Origin: Mustelus asterias
Lineage: Eukaryota
Length of the DNA: 64,000 bases
Assembly: GCF_964213995.1 (NCBI RefSeq)
Contig: NW_027590629.1
Coordinates: forward strand, 62,001 to 126,000
Reading direction: 5' to 3'
Part shown: positions 12,433-25,642 of the stretch, one piece after another
Position numbering within the stretch: position 1 is the first letter of the stretch
Layout: every line of letters starts with the position of its first letter
The notes under the pieces: model-generated
What the model saw: only the letters and a program-made list of their open reading frames with translations
What the model was told of the DNA's origin: nothing
Database searches by the model: none
Program-made: the position numbers and the translations under genes

Positions 12433-14969
12433 GAATGAATTCAAAAAAGAATCTCCTCATATGATATAATGTTACACCTTATATTTCCCCAACAGCTCCT
12501 TAACCCTGTGAAAATTAACGGTGAAAGAAGCCTGGTTGACTGATAATTAATTGAGCTGACAGAGATACATAAAGTTGAAATCGATTTTGACAGAGAAATT
12601 AATGAATCAGAACCAACATGGCGATCAAGAAAGTTCTCCTTCAGCATCCCAATCATTGCAGCTCTTTTAATTGGCCACCGGCTGTCTAACATTCATTAGT
12701 AGTGGAATACAGGACATCAGGACTTTGCAGCATATTGCACAATATCACAAGAATAAATGTTTTATCTTCCACTGAACCAGGTTATGAACTGGTCATTTCT
12801 TCACTCATTGGCAGCTATGAGAGGGAATGTTAAATAATCGAAATCAGATTATGCTGCACAACAGAACATGGTGCCAATCACGTATTATTGACGTTGTCTT
12901 TTTAAAGAGGTGCAGAACACTGAGAATATTCCAGGTATCCGCGCTGTTCAAGACAGCTATATGATTTTCTTTTCCTTTTAATTATTTTCATTTTTGGGCC
13001 ATTACACTGATCTCATTGGGCTGAGGAATTGGGGACATCAAAATCTCTTTCTTGCACTTCATGACGTTGCTCACAAAGTGACTTTAATTGTTGGAAGGAC
13101 ATTTATTTGGAAGTTATACAAATGAAATAGCGTCCAGCCAATTTACTAGTTTCCGACACTGTTGAACCATAAAATGAACAGTGCAGTCATTTAAAATATT
13201 TGCTTGGAAGGAATACCATTTAAAACGTGTCTTTCTTGTGGGAATCAAATATTTATTGCATAACTGGCTAAGTCCCATTTTATCCCTACAGATTCACGTT
13301 AATCTGTCCCACGCAGTATTTGGCGTCAGTCCAACCTGCTGCCAAATACCCGAAGATATTTACAGGAAGCATCTGAGGGTGTTTGTTCAGCAAATCAAAG
13401 ATCTGTTTCCTCAGTACTGAGCGCTTGGCTGCAAGCCAACTTCAAACTGTTAGCATTGTCAATGGGGCCTATTTATAAACAAATCTACCCAGCAACAGCC
13501 CTGGAGGCAACTCAATTATTTTTAAGTTGTAAACCTAAATGAATGTTTCCCATTTCTTCGGAAAAGAAAAGTTATCCAGTTTCTCTGGCTCTTTGTTAGC
13601 AACAATGATGATCTCTCCAACACAACAGAACACTTTGATCGATGGATAGATTTAAATACAGGCAGATTGTGAGAGTTTGTCCAGAGAGGTGATATATTTT
13701 CGACAACATAAACATATATTCTTGTGTTTTATTTCACTTAATTCTTCCATGGGACGTGGGAGTCCCTGGAAAGACCAACATTTCTTCACTGTGCCTAATT
13801 TCCTTTGAACTGAGTGGTGTGCTATGGCATCTCGGAAAGCATTGCCCAGTTACGCATATTGCTCTCCATCTGGAGTAACACCCTGGTGAGACCAAGTAGG
13901 GATGGCAGATTTCCCTGATTGGGGAATCAGAGAGGTTTATCTGGTCACTGTCAGTATGAATCCAGATTTATTGATTGAATTCAAATTCCACCAGTTGCCA
14001 TGTTCGGATTTACTCTCGTTTTCCCACATCCCCGGCCTGGGCTTCTGGATTCCGCCACCATTTACACAAAAGATAAACAATTGCTTGTGTTGATGCAGGG
14101 ATGAACGATAGTTGGATGTCTGAATGTTTTCATTGAGGAATCAGTGAATGGACTGATGGATGTGACGATAACTGGTCCTGAAATTTATTGTTCTACATTC
14201 GCATACTTCTGCTTTACTACTTCAAAAATCGAAGCTGTTTCTTTATTACAATTGTGACAGTCTACAACCTTTAATCCTTCCAGATTTTCTGGGTGAATTC
14301 CATCCCCAGGATATCGGGAGCAAATGAATTGAACCTCACTAAGAGTAGTCTGATTTTCCCCCATGCTGATGATGAATCTTCAAATCCAAGATGGAAAGAG
14401 GGAACATGATTAGGTTGATGAGGGAGGATTGTAATATTTGGAACGTGGCCTTTCTAGTGCAACAAAATCACTCAACAGATCATCACCCAAATTAGTGAAG
14501 ATAATAAGCTAAAAAAATAAACAACGTGGGAACTAAAATATTGTGAAACTCACTGGACAGCTTGAAGTTTTAAATTACTTGCCAGAACTGTGTGAAAATG
14601 AATCGGGATTTTAAGCTTCTATCAATTCACATTAGATACAGATACTTTCAGTTATACAGTCATTTTAAAAATGGTCACACACTCCATTTATATATCAGGG
14701 GTTTCTGTGTGATGATGAGGTGATCACTTGTCAATAAAGCGCAGAGGCTGCTGGGTAGCTGCTACTATTTGGTTTAATTCCATTTCCCGCTGAATTCTGG
14801 GGCAGATTTGATTCTTTGGTGACAAAAAGCCAATGTGATCTCAATACAGTTGAATCTCAATAAGTTATATTAAATAAACTGCAATTATATTTGCATCAAA
14901 TAAAATACTGACAATAATTGGTGAAATATTAATTTATTTTTGTGAATTGAAGATTATTAGTAATATTGG

Positions 14970-15700
14970 CTCCAGGCAATGACCATCTCCAAAAAGAGAG
15001 AATTTGCCCATTGCCCCTTGTCACTCAATGATATTACAATACTGAATCACCCACGATAAACATCGTCGGGGTTACCATTGGCTAATTACTGAATTAACTA
15101 GGTATATAAATGCTGCGGCTGGAATATCAGGTCAGTTTGCTGTGAGTACCCCATGTCCTGATTCCCCAAACCTGTCTACTACCTACAAACCACAACTCAG
15201 GCGTCTAATACAGTTCTCTCCACTTGCTTGAATGAGTGCAGCTCAAACAGCATTCAAGAAGCTTTATCGCATTCAGGACAAAGCAGACGGCTTGACTGGC
15301 ACAGCATTTGCAAATGCTCTCTCCCTCCAGCACCGACAAACAAGGGCAGCACAATGTACCATCTGCAAATTTCACTTTAGGAACTCACCAAGACTCCTTT
15401 GGCTGTACCTGCCAACCACATGTCAGTTACCATCTGAAGGACAGGGATAACAGTTACCTGGGAGTATCACCTATAAATTTCCCTCCAAGTCATTCACAAA
15501 TTTGATCTAGAAAAATCTCGCCCTTCCTTCATTGTCGCTGGATTAAAATCCTAGAACACCCTCTGTAACAGCTCTGTGTATATACCTATACCACAGGTTC
15601 TGCAGCAATTCAAGAAGGCTGCTCACCACCAGCTTACGAAGGACAATTCGGGATAGGCAACAAATGCTGACTCAGCCAGCAACGCCCACATCACTTCACT
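14970..15700 (+). mobile_element. Old CR1/L2-clade LINE 3' fragment
   Basis: WMSAAQTAFKKL..IQDKA peptide and 3' UTR matching 53900-54200. Confidence 0.7.
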
Positions 15701-16424
15701 TAAAATTTAAATATATTCATGTTTATGAATGGATGATAACTGGTGAACAAAATTATGCAACTTTGTGAATGGATGGCAAATGGTGAAAATAAATACCAAT
15801 TTTATGAACATTTATGACCTTTTTCTCTGCTGAGGGATAGGATCCGTTCCGCAGGAGATGCTTAATTCAAAAACATCACACAATCTGAAAACAAAGCCGA
15901 CAGAGGACATTGCAACAACTACAGATATATCTTCATCATAGCATCACGGGAGAGGCCTTTGCCAGTGTCACACTTTAAAACATTCATCTGCTTGAAGACC
16001 GGGATTATCCTGTAGCACATTGTTGTGTTTGTGTTGGAATATTTACTCGAGAAAACATCTGCTCCATATGCCATACGTCCGTATCTTTACCATACTTCCG
16101 TGAATCTCACAAAGACGTTCGACACGAGCAGCAGAGCAGGGACTACAAGATTTGGGGGAAATTCGCTCTCCACCAAAAACCCTCAGTCTCATTCATGATA
16201 CAGAAGATGACAACTTACAACCACAATTGGTAGCTTCATATGCAACAATTGTAGAAGAATCAAAGTCCCAAAAAATGTCCTCCTCATCATCAACAAAGGG
16301 GATATATGAAAAAGAAACCTTTCTGAAATTGATGTGCTTACTGTGTGTCTAACTTTTATTGTAAATGGAAGAATGCCGGTTCTCATTGTGAAATAGAATT
16401 GCAAACCATATGACATTTTTCAGA

Positions 16425-16620
16425 CAACGCACACAGCCACACACACACACATACCCACACACCCACATTCTCTCCTGTTCTCATTCTGTCTCATACATTC
16501 TCCTTTTTTTGTGATGATGTTTCTGTGTGATGTTTTTGAATCATGCATATCCTGTCTCCTTTTCATATATACAGACACTTGCGGAAGTACAAACACGCAC
16601 ACGCGCGCACACACACACAT
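16425..16620 (+). repeat. (CA)n microsatellite tracts
   Basis: CA runs at ~16430-16465 and ~16593-16619. Confidence 0.85.
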
Positions 16621-16859
16621 TTTCCTTCAACTTCAGACTCCACCTTGGCTTCCTGGGAGGCTTCAGAGATAATGACCTCAACCAACGCAGCTGGAATGAT
16701 GAAGAAATAAACTTTCCCCAACGCCATAATTGCTGAGCTGGGCGTTAAAGGTCCCATGGTCACCAACGAAGGCCTGATCAACATTCCTCTTTCGAACCAA
16801 GATGAACAAAAATACATTACCATGGATTGAGGCATTTTGCTCTGATGCCAACCTGGCAA

Positions 16860-19480
16860 ACTAGGAACAGGAGTAGGCTACTCAGCTCCTCGAACTCGCC
16901 CCGCCGTTCAATAACGTCATGGCCTATCTGTAACCTTATTCCATGTACCTGCCCTAGGCCCATATCCCTTGGTAACCCTGTTCAATAAAAAAAGCTATCT
17001 CAGACGACAACTTCACAATTGAACCAGCACCCACCAGCTTTTGAAGAAGAGAGTTCCAAACTTGCACCGCTCTCTGCGTGTAGAAATGCTTTCTATCAAC
17101 TCTCCGGCATGGCTTGACCCTATTTAAAAAATATATATATGGCCCTTTCTTCTAGTGGAAACATTTCATCCTGATTCGGCCTGTCCTTCCCTGCAAAGAC
17201 TTTGTAGATCTCTGTCAGAGCACTCTTCAAACTTCTGAATTCGAGAGAAAAAGTCTTAATTGTTTAATTTCTCCTCGCAACCTAATCCCTTAAGACCAGG
17301 TATAATTCTGATAAACCTGCATTGAACACCCTCCAGGGCCAACATATTTCCGAAGTGTGTGGCCCATACCTGCTCACAGTGCTCTAATTGGTGTCTAACA
17401 AGGATTTTGCACAATTGCAGCACAACAAGGGTGAGGTTAGGGCCGGTCAAGGACAGTAGTGGGAACTTGTGTATGGAGTCAGTAGAGATAGGCGAGGTGA
17501 TGAATGAATACTTTTCATCAGTGTTCACCAAGGAGAGGGGCCATGTTTTTGAGGAAGAGAAGGTGTTACAGGCTAATAGGCTGGAGGAAATAGATGTTCG
17601 GAGGGAGATGTCCTGGCAGTTTTGAATAAACTGAAGGTCGATAAGTCCCCTGGGCCTGATGAAATGTATCCTAGGATTCTTTGGGAGGCAAGGGATGAGA
17701 TTGCAGAGCCTTTGGCTTTGATCTTGGGGTCCTCGCTGTCCACAGGGATGGTGCCAGAGGACTGGAGAATGGCCAATGTTGTTCCTCTGTTTAAGAAAGG
17801 GAATTGAAATGACCCTGGTAATTATAGACCGGTTAGTCTTTCTTCAGTGGTTGGTAAATTGATGGAAAAAGTCCTTAGGGATGGGATTTACGACCATTTA
17901 GAAAGATGCGGATTAATCCGGGATAGTCAGCACGGATTCGTGAAGGGCAAGTCGTGCCTCACAAATTTGATCGAATTTTTTGAGGAGGTAATTAAGTGTG
18001 TTGATGAAGGTAGGGCAGTTGATGTCATATACATGGATTTTAGTAAGGGGTTTGATAAGGTCCCCCATGGTCAGCTTATGATGAAAGTAAGGAGGTGTGG
18101 GATAGAGGGAAAGTTGGCCGATTGGATAGCTAACTGGCTGTCTGATCGAAGACAGAGGGTGGTGGTGGATGGAAAATTTTCGGACTGGAGGCAGATTGCT
18201 AGCGGAGTGCCACAGGGATCAGTGCTTGGTCCTCTGCTCTTTGTGATTTTTATTCATGACTTAGAGGAGGGGGCTGAAGGGTGGATCAGTAAATTTGCTG
18301 ATGACACCAGGATTGGTGGAGTAGTGGATGAGGTGGAGGGCTGTTGTGGGCTGCAAAGAGACATAGATAGGATGCAAAGCTGGGCTGAAAAATGGCAAAT
18401 GGAGTTTAAGCCAGATGAATGTGAGGTGATTCATTTTGGTAGGACTAATTTAAATGTGGATTACAGGGTCAAAGGTAGGGTTCTGAAGACTGTGGAAGGA
18501 CAGAGAGATCTTGGGGTCCATATCCACAGATCTCTAAAGGTTGCCACTCAAGTGGATAGAGCTGTGAAGAAGGCCTATAGTGTGTTAGCTTTTATTAACA
18601 GGGGGTTGGAGTTTAAGAGCCGTGGGGTTATGCTGCAACTGTACAGGACCTTGGTGAGACCACATTTGGAGTATTGTGTGCAGTTCTGGTCACCTCACTG
18701 TAAGAAGGATGTGGAAGTGCTGGAAAGAGTGCAGAGGAGATTTACCAGGATGCTGCCTGGTTTGGAGGGTAGGTCTTATGAGGAAAGGTTGACGGAGCTA
18801 GGGCTGTTCTCTCTGGAGCGGAGGAGGCTGAGGGGAGACTTAATAGAGGTTTATTAAATGATGACGGGGATAGATAGAGTGAACGTTCAAAGAATCTTTC
18901 CTCGGGTGGATGGAGCTATTACAAGGGGGCATAACTATAGGGTTCGTGGTGGGAGATATAGGAAGGATATCAGAGGTAGGTTCTTTACGCAGAGAGTGGT
19001 TGGGGTGTGGAATGGACTGCCTGCAGTGATAGTGGAGTCAGACACTTTAGGAACATTTAAGCGGTTATTGGATAGGCACATGGAGCACACCAGGATGATA
19101 GGGAGTGGGATAGCTTGATCTTGGTTTCAGATAAAGCTCGGCACAACATCGTGGGCCGAAGGGCCTGTTCTGTGCTGTACTGTTCTATGTTCTATGTTAC
19201 ACCTGCATCTCTATACTCCAGTCCTTTACATATGAAGGCCAGCATTCCATTGGCCTTCTTGACTATTTTCTGCATCAGTTCGTGACATTTTAAGAAGCTA
19301 TGCACCTGAACCTCCAAATCTCGCTGGCCATTCACTGAATTTAACATTGTGCCTTTCAAAAAAATGCCTTGATCTATATCACTTGGATATTTGACTTTTC
19401 TTGCCATTATCTACGCCGTTAATGAATGTTGTAAATAATTGAGGCCCCAAGACAGATTCCTGCTGGACACCACTTAACCT
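16860..19480 (-). mobile_element. Old CR1 LINE fragment (host of nested + strand CR1)
   Basis: - strand peptides QRDLEVQVHSFLK..KKANGMLAFI (19192-19407) continue as LVRHQLEHCEQVW..ALEGVQCRF (17256-17420). Confidence 0.85.
17427..19198 (+). mobile_element. CR1 LINE, 5'-truncated, RT region with few disablements
   Basis: KSPGPD, QHGF, DFSKGFDKV, GVPQGSVLGP, FADD motifs; stops at 17805 and 18855; TGTTCTATGTTCTATG tail. Confidence 0.95.
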
Positions 19481-19889
19481 GCATTATTCAGCAACGTACA
19501 TCTACAATTAGTTGCACCTCAAATTTTGGCACCTTCCGCAGAAGGGGATATTGTATTACATTTATGGATGTGAATTATTGATATATTAATATCGTCGATC
19601 ATACCTGACAACGATATTTTCACAGTTAACTGTAATTGCAGAGTGTTGCCAGCAGATGGAATTGAAATCTTGATGGGTTACATTATACGAATCAGGCACT
19701 GCCTCAATAAATACTACACTGAACCCTGTGTCTGTTCATTTTGAACTGGCCTCCTTATGGAGAAATGTTAGAAGGGGCCCTGTCTCTGATTATAGTATAT
19801 TATATCATATGGCACCCTATTTCAACTCATATTGTACCAGTACATGTCAATGTATACATCACACAATCGCTCTGATCCGAATTTCTACA

Positions 19890-21700
19890 GGCAGGATGTA
19901 ACTTTGCACTTCTCCCATATGCAATCCTGGATGGTAGTGGACATTTAAACAAATAACTGCAGCAGAAGCCTCAAATAAAACCCCAATTCTTAATGATGGG
20001 ACAGCTCAGCAAATGGGAAAAGAAACCAGACTGAAGCAATTGCTACCATCTTCAGTCAGAAGTGCGGAGAGGAAGTTCCATCTCGGCCTCCTCCTGAGGT
20101 CCCCAGCATCACAGATGCCGATCTCCAACCTGTTCAGTTAATTTCACATGATAACATGGAACATCGGAACAGGAGTAGGCCATTCAGCCCCTGGAGAAAG
20201 CTCCGCCATGCTATATGATCATGATTTATCTGTTGTCTAACTCGGTGCTGAAGGCATTGGACACTGTAAAGATTATTGGTCCTGACAATGTCTCAGCAAT
20301 AATCATGACGGTTTGTGCTCTGGAACTTGCTACACCCAATCAATCTGTTCAAGTACAACACTGTCATATACCCAACAGTGTGGAAAATTGGCAGGCATGC
20401 CCTATTGCAAAGGCAGGAGAAATCCAACCTGACCAATGACTGCACCCTGAGTCCTCACCCGATCAACGTAATGGAAAGTGTCAAGGATCCAATAAGCTAT
20501 AATAATAATCTGCTCAATGATGCTCTGTTTGGGTCCCACGAGGAGCACTCGGTTTCAGAAATCATTTAACTTAGTCCAACTGTGGTGGAAATAGTTGATT
20601 TAATGAAGTGATTTGAGAGTGTCTGCCTCTACATCAACGCAGCACTTGACCGATTGTAGCATCAAGGAGCCTCAGAAAAGCTGCAGTCAATGGGGTTCTG
20701 GAGGAAAACATTGCACTGGATTCAGCCATAGCGAGCACAGAGTAAGATGGTTGTGGTTGTTGAAAGCCAATCATCTCAGTTCCTGGGCATTTCTGAAGGA
20801 ACTCATCAGGATGCTGTGCTCGGTCTAATCTTCACCCTTCATTACAAGGTCAGAAGTGGGATGTTCACTAATGATTACACAATGTCCAGCACATTTATGA
20901 TTCCTCAGATACTGAAGCAGACCGTGTCCATGAGCAGCAAGACTTAGAAAACATTTAGGCTTTGGTTGTGAAATGACCAGTGACATTCACACCACCCACC
21001 TGACACTCTCAAGTAAGAATGATTCCAAACATCTCCGCTTGTCATTAAATGGAATGACTACAGTTGAAACTCCCATCATTCTGGCAATTACCATTGAAGA
21101 AAAAGTGAACTGGGACAGCCATGTAAATAATATTGCTACAAGAGCAGGTCAGATGCTGTGAGCGTTGTGTAACTCACATCCTGACTTCCCAATCCCTAGC
21201 CATTGTATACAGGGCAAAAATCAGGAGTGTGATTGAATATTCTCCACTTGCCTGACATGTGGCCCTGAAGGAACACACAAAAAGCTCGATACCACCCAGA
21301 AAAAAATCAGGCGGCCCGATGAACACACCACTTTAAATATTCACTCTCAGCATCACAGATGTACAACTCTCTGAGTGTGAACCATAAACAATTTGTATCG
21401 CAGCAACATATTCCTTCGATAGCACCTTCCAAACACATTAACTCTGACACTTAAAAGGACAAGGTCAGCGCATGCATGAGAACACGATCACCTGCAAGTG
21501 TCCATAAAACCCACATCCCATCTTGACTGGGAATTATATCGCTAAACTTCAGTATCCATAGATAGAAATCTTGCAATTCCCTTCCTACCAGCATTCAGTT
21601 TGGAATGCAATGATTCAAGAAGAGGACTCACCACCACATTCTCAAAGGAAAAAAAGAATTGGTAACAAATGCTACTTTACCAGTGACACCAAAATCTCAT
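19890..21700 (+). mobile_element. Old CR1/L2-clade LINE fragment
   Basis: Decayed RT peptides (GPDNVS, YPTVWK, VNWDSHVNNIATRAGQML). Confidence 0.75.
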
Positions 21701-21729
21701 TAAATAATTTTGAACATGTCATATCCCTG

Positions 21730-23700
21730 CTTATATTCAACTAGCCCGCACCTCTGTTTGTATAGTAATAGCCCATGTCTCGATCACATTACAACATGTC
21801 CTTTCTCTGTTATTTATCTACTCGACTCATTATCAGTTGTCCGTACATGAGGCCAAGGTCCTGTTTTCACGTCACTTTCTGAGTTATGACCGTGCTGAAC
21901 TATGTCTCAGTTGATCTGGGCGGCGCGGTGGCATAGTTGTTATTTCACAGTGGCAGGGACGAGGGTTCAATTCCCAGCTTCGGTGAATGTCTGTGTGGAG
22001 TCTACATGGGATCCCCCAGGTGCTCTGGTTTTCTCCCACAGTCCGAAAGTGGTGCTGGTTAGGTGCATTTTGACCATGCTCAATTCTCCCTTACTGTGAC
22101 CAAACAAGCGCCAGAGTGTGGCGACTCGGGGATTTTTACAGTAACTTCATTGCAGTGTTAATGTAAGCCTACCTGTGACACTGATAAATAAGCTTTAAAA
22201 GTTTAATCTGGCAAAAGGCTGTGTCTCAGTACCTAAGGTATCAGAACCTTTATCTGCTTATACTAAACTGGAACAACATCCATCTTGCATGACAAGAGGT
22301 TTGGTCACAGCCATTGCTCTAATAGTTCATGAGATCAACGAAACTCGATCGTGTTTTAGTTAATGCCGCACCAGTCCAATTATTTGTTTATTTAACACTA
22401 TGGCTTGGCTCTGTTATTATTGCATCATGTGATCCATCTAATTTACTGCATTGCCCATATCTTAGTGCGTACCAGTCCAGATCCCATATGATTAATTACT
22501 ACCAATGCCCTAAATTCTGTCTCAGTTTATATCAGTCTAGGTACTGTATCAGAAATTACTAACAATAGACTAGACTCTGTCTCAGTTTATATTAGTCCAG
22601 GTCCTGTATCAGTAACTACTACTAATGCACTGGGCTCCGTCTCAGTTAATATTGGTCTCGACATTCGCGGGAAGACATTAGTCTCTGTCTCAGTTTATAT
22701 CGCACGAGTTTCTGCATCCAGTTACATTGCACTGGATAACGTCTCCGTTTTTCTTGTACTAGTCGATGTCATTCATATTTTTAAATGTTTCTTTCATGGG
22801 ATGTGGGTGTCTCAGGTAAAGTCGGTGTTTCTCCTTTACCTTCCCACAAGGCACTCGGCACAACCTCATTTCTATTTTACTGGATCAGGCCTCTGTTTAT
22901 ATTAAAATAGCTCCTGTCTCTGTTAATACTCCGCTTGACCAGAACTTAGTTTATATTGCACGAGACCCAATCCCTGTTTATATGATATTTGATCCTGACT
23001 CTGTCTATATTTCACGAGACCAGGTCATTGGATGTTTACTCTGTTTGAATTATACTTGCATTACCTCACGGTTCTATGAGGTGGAGAGATAATATAATAC
23101 ATAAATAGGCTGTGCTAAAAACATCTGTATTCAGAAGGATCCTTAAACGGAAAGTATTGGATCGACAGTGCATGCTGTTTTGATATCCATTTTCAATGAA
23201 CCAGCATGATTAGACTTCAGATATCACTTCTTCTTTTCCAGTTCCCAAGGCCAGTCTCCATCCGAGAGAGTTGCGTGTGTAGGAGGACGCATAGAACTGC
23301 GTTCCCACAGTCACTTTTCACATAATTGGGCATTGTCTAGTGCAGTAATAATTAGTCCTTGCCCAATATAAATTGAACCTGAACATGGTTAAGTGCAGAA
23401 ATGAGACAACATCTCGTTTAGCAGAGAGACAGGTCTACATTAATAAAAGCAAAGTCATTGTCGAACTTAATATAAACCGAGACATGGTGATGTGTAATAT
23501 AAACAGAGACAGCATCTAGTTTAGTATAAACAGAGAGCACGTCGAGTGTAATATGAACAGAGAAAGGGGATAGTTCACTAGAAAACGGGAAAGGTCCGAG
23601 TGGAATATGATCAGAGACATAACGTTCTTTAACATATAGAGACACAGAGATTAGTTAATTTTACATAAGCAGAGGTAGGATGACAGATGAGTGCAATATG
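21730..23700. repeat. Opposed minisatellite arrays (+ 21730-23060, - 23335-23700) around a ~270-bp core; SINE at 21917-22195
   Basis: Paralog of 4730-6450. Confidence 0.7.
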
Positions 23701-25140
23701 GAGGCAGGGACTAGTGCCCCATCAAACATTCCAAGGGCAGGTGTAGAATGGGATTAGGTACTGAATGTAAAGCTCTCTCCACATTGCAACATTAAACACT
23801 CCCAAGGCAGGTGCAGCACGGGATAAATACAAAGTGATTCTCCATCTACACTGCCCCAATCAAACATTTCCAGAAAATATAGACTGTTTAGAATCATTAA
23901 AACTCTCTCTACACTGTCCATTAGACAATTGGATGGCTGGGACAGGGCGGGTTAATACAGCGAATAATCAAGATGCATGTTCGAGTAAAGCTCCCTCTAT
24001 AGTTTCCGATTAATTGAATTAGATCCATTTCGTCAGAAGTCTCTGAACAGGGCTGAGAGAATACATTAGCTGGAGTTTGACTTGATATTGTTGAGCAAAG
24101 ACAATGACCCATCGTGGGGAGACAAGAAAAGACACAGAATCAGACAGGGGAAAGACACAAGAGACAAAGCATAGGAATCCTCCAAAATATATTTGCCGTG
24201 TCATTATATTTAGAGATTAGAGGGAATCTTTCCTCATTTTGAACATAGATAAGATCATGGCTTGTTTTGCGCATATAACTGATGAAAAAAAAATCCAAAA
24301 AACAATCAGATTGGAATCCATTGAGTTATTTGTACGTTTGCCTCTATTTCTGTGCTGCGTTGCTGGGGAAATATGTATTGATGTGTTTGTCAATCAATAA
24401 ATCTAATCTGGGATTTCTCTTTCTGCGTTTATTTACATAAACACCTCATGAATGAAGTGTTCACGGCTGCAAAACCAGATGAACAGTTACTTATTGATTA
24501 CTTTCAATTCAAAATAGCGGTCAAGCATATTGACAGTTGGTTCAAAATGAATAGAAGATTCGTAAATTCCCATTAGAACAGATGCTATTTAATCCAAATA
24601 AAAAAAATCTTCTAATCAAGAATTTGTTCTGAAATTTCTGATGTCACAATAACTAAAACATATTTGAACAAGCTAGTATTCCACTGAATGTCAATGTGAT
24701 TGTTGATTTAATCTACTAACACTAGACAAGTTAAAACATCAGGCAGAGGAGTCATTACAATCACATTAATCTCAGAGTTTTCAATATATCAAATCTGGCA
24801 GTTTATAATGTTAACATTTGGAAAGAACTTGCATTTTTATAATGCTTTACCCCACCTCAGGTCATCCCAAAGCATTTTAAACTCATTGATGTATTTTCGC
24901 TGTCTTTGTCACTGCTGTAATGTTGGACATTCAGCAAGTATTTGGTGCACAACAGGTTCCCACAAACCGAGATGTGATAAATGAACAGTAATTTTGTGAT
25001 TTTAGTTGAAGAACGAACGGCCCAAGCTACTGGGGAGAACAGCCCTGTTCTATAGAATTTTACATCCTGTCATTGACCTGAAATGAGAATCTGATTCTCT
25101 CTCTGCTGATGCCCACTGGCCTATCCTTTTGTTGCTTTTC

Positions 25141-25445
25141 ATAGATCATAGAATCCTATAGAAGGAAGTCATTCGGCCCATCGAGCCTGCACCAAGCACA
25201 TTCCCACCCAGTCCCGATCCCCATTTACCCTAGTTAGTCCCTCTGATACCAAGGGGCAATTTATCATGGCCAATCGATCTAACCCGCACATCTTTGGACT
25301 GTGGGAGGAAACCGGAGCACCCGGAGGAAACCCACGCAGACACGGGGAGAATGTCAAACTCCTCACAGACAGTCACCCAAGCCAGGAATCGAACCTGGCT
25401 CCCTCGCGCTGTGGGGCAGCAGTGCTAACCACTTTGCTGTCCAAA
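25141..25445 (-). mobile_element. HE1-like SINE
   Basis: Head ..AGTGGTTAGCACTGCTGCC, B-box GGTTCGATTCC, GATTCTATGATCTAT tail on -. Confidence 0.9.
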
Positions 25446-25569
25446 ATATATATTTTTTGAAGCTTACGGGATTTGGTCAACATTTGACTGAATTGTTTTA
25501 AAGTTACTGAAAATACATTTTTTCGTCGAAACTAACCTGGAGTTTGCCAACTTTATTAGGATCTGACAC

Positions 25570-25642
25570 GCAGACAGCGAGGAATTGAACCTGGTATCTA
25601 TTGATCCATAGTCAGACACGTCATCCATTGCGCCACCGGGAC
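25570..25642 (-). pseudogene. tRNA-Arg(ACG)-derived pseudogene (anticodon decayed to ATG)
   Basis: - strand GTCCCGGTGGCGCAATGGATGACGTGTCTGACTATGGATCAATAGATACCAGGTTCAATTCC aligns with the gene at 57510. Confidence 0.9.
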
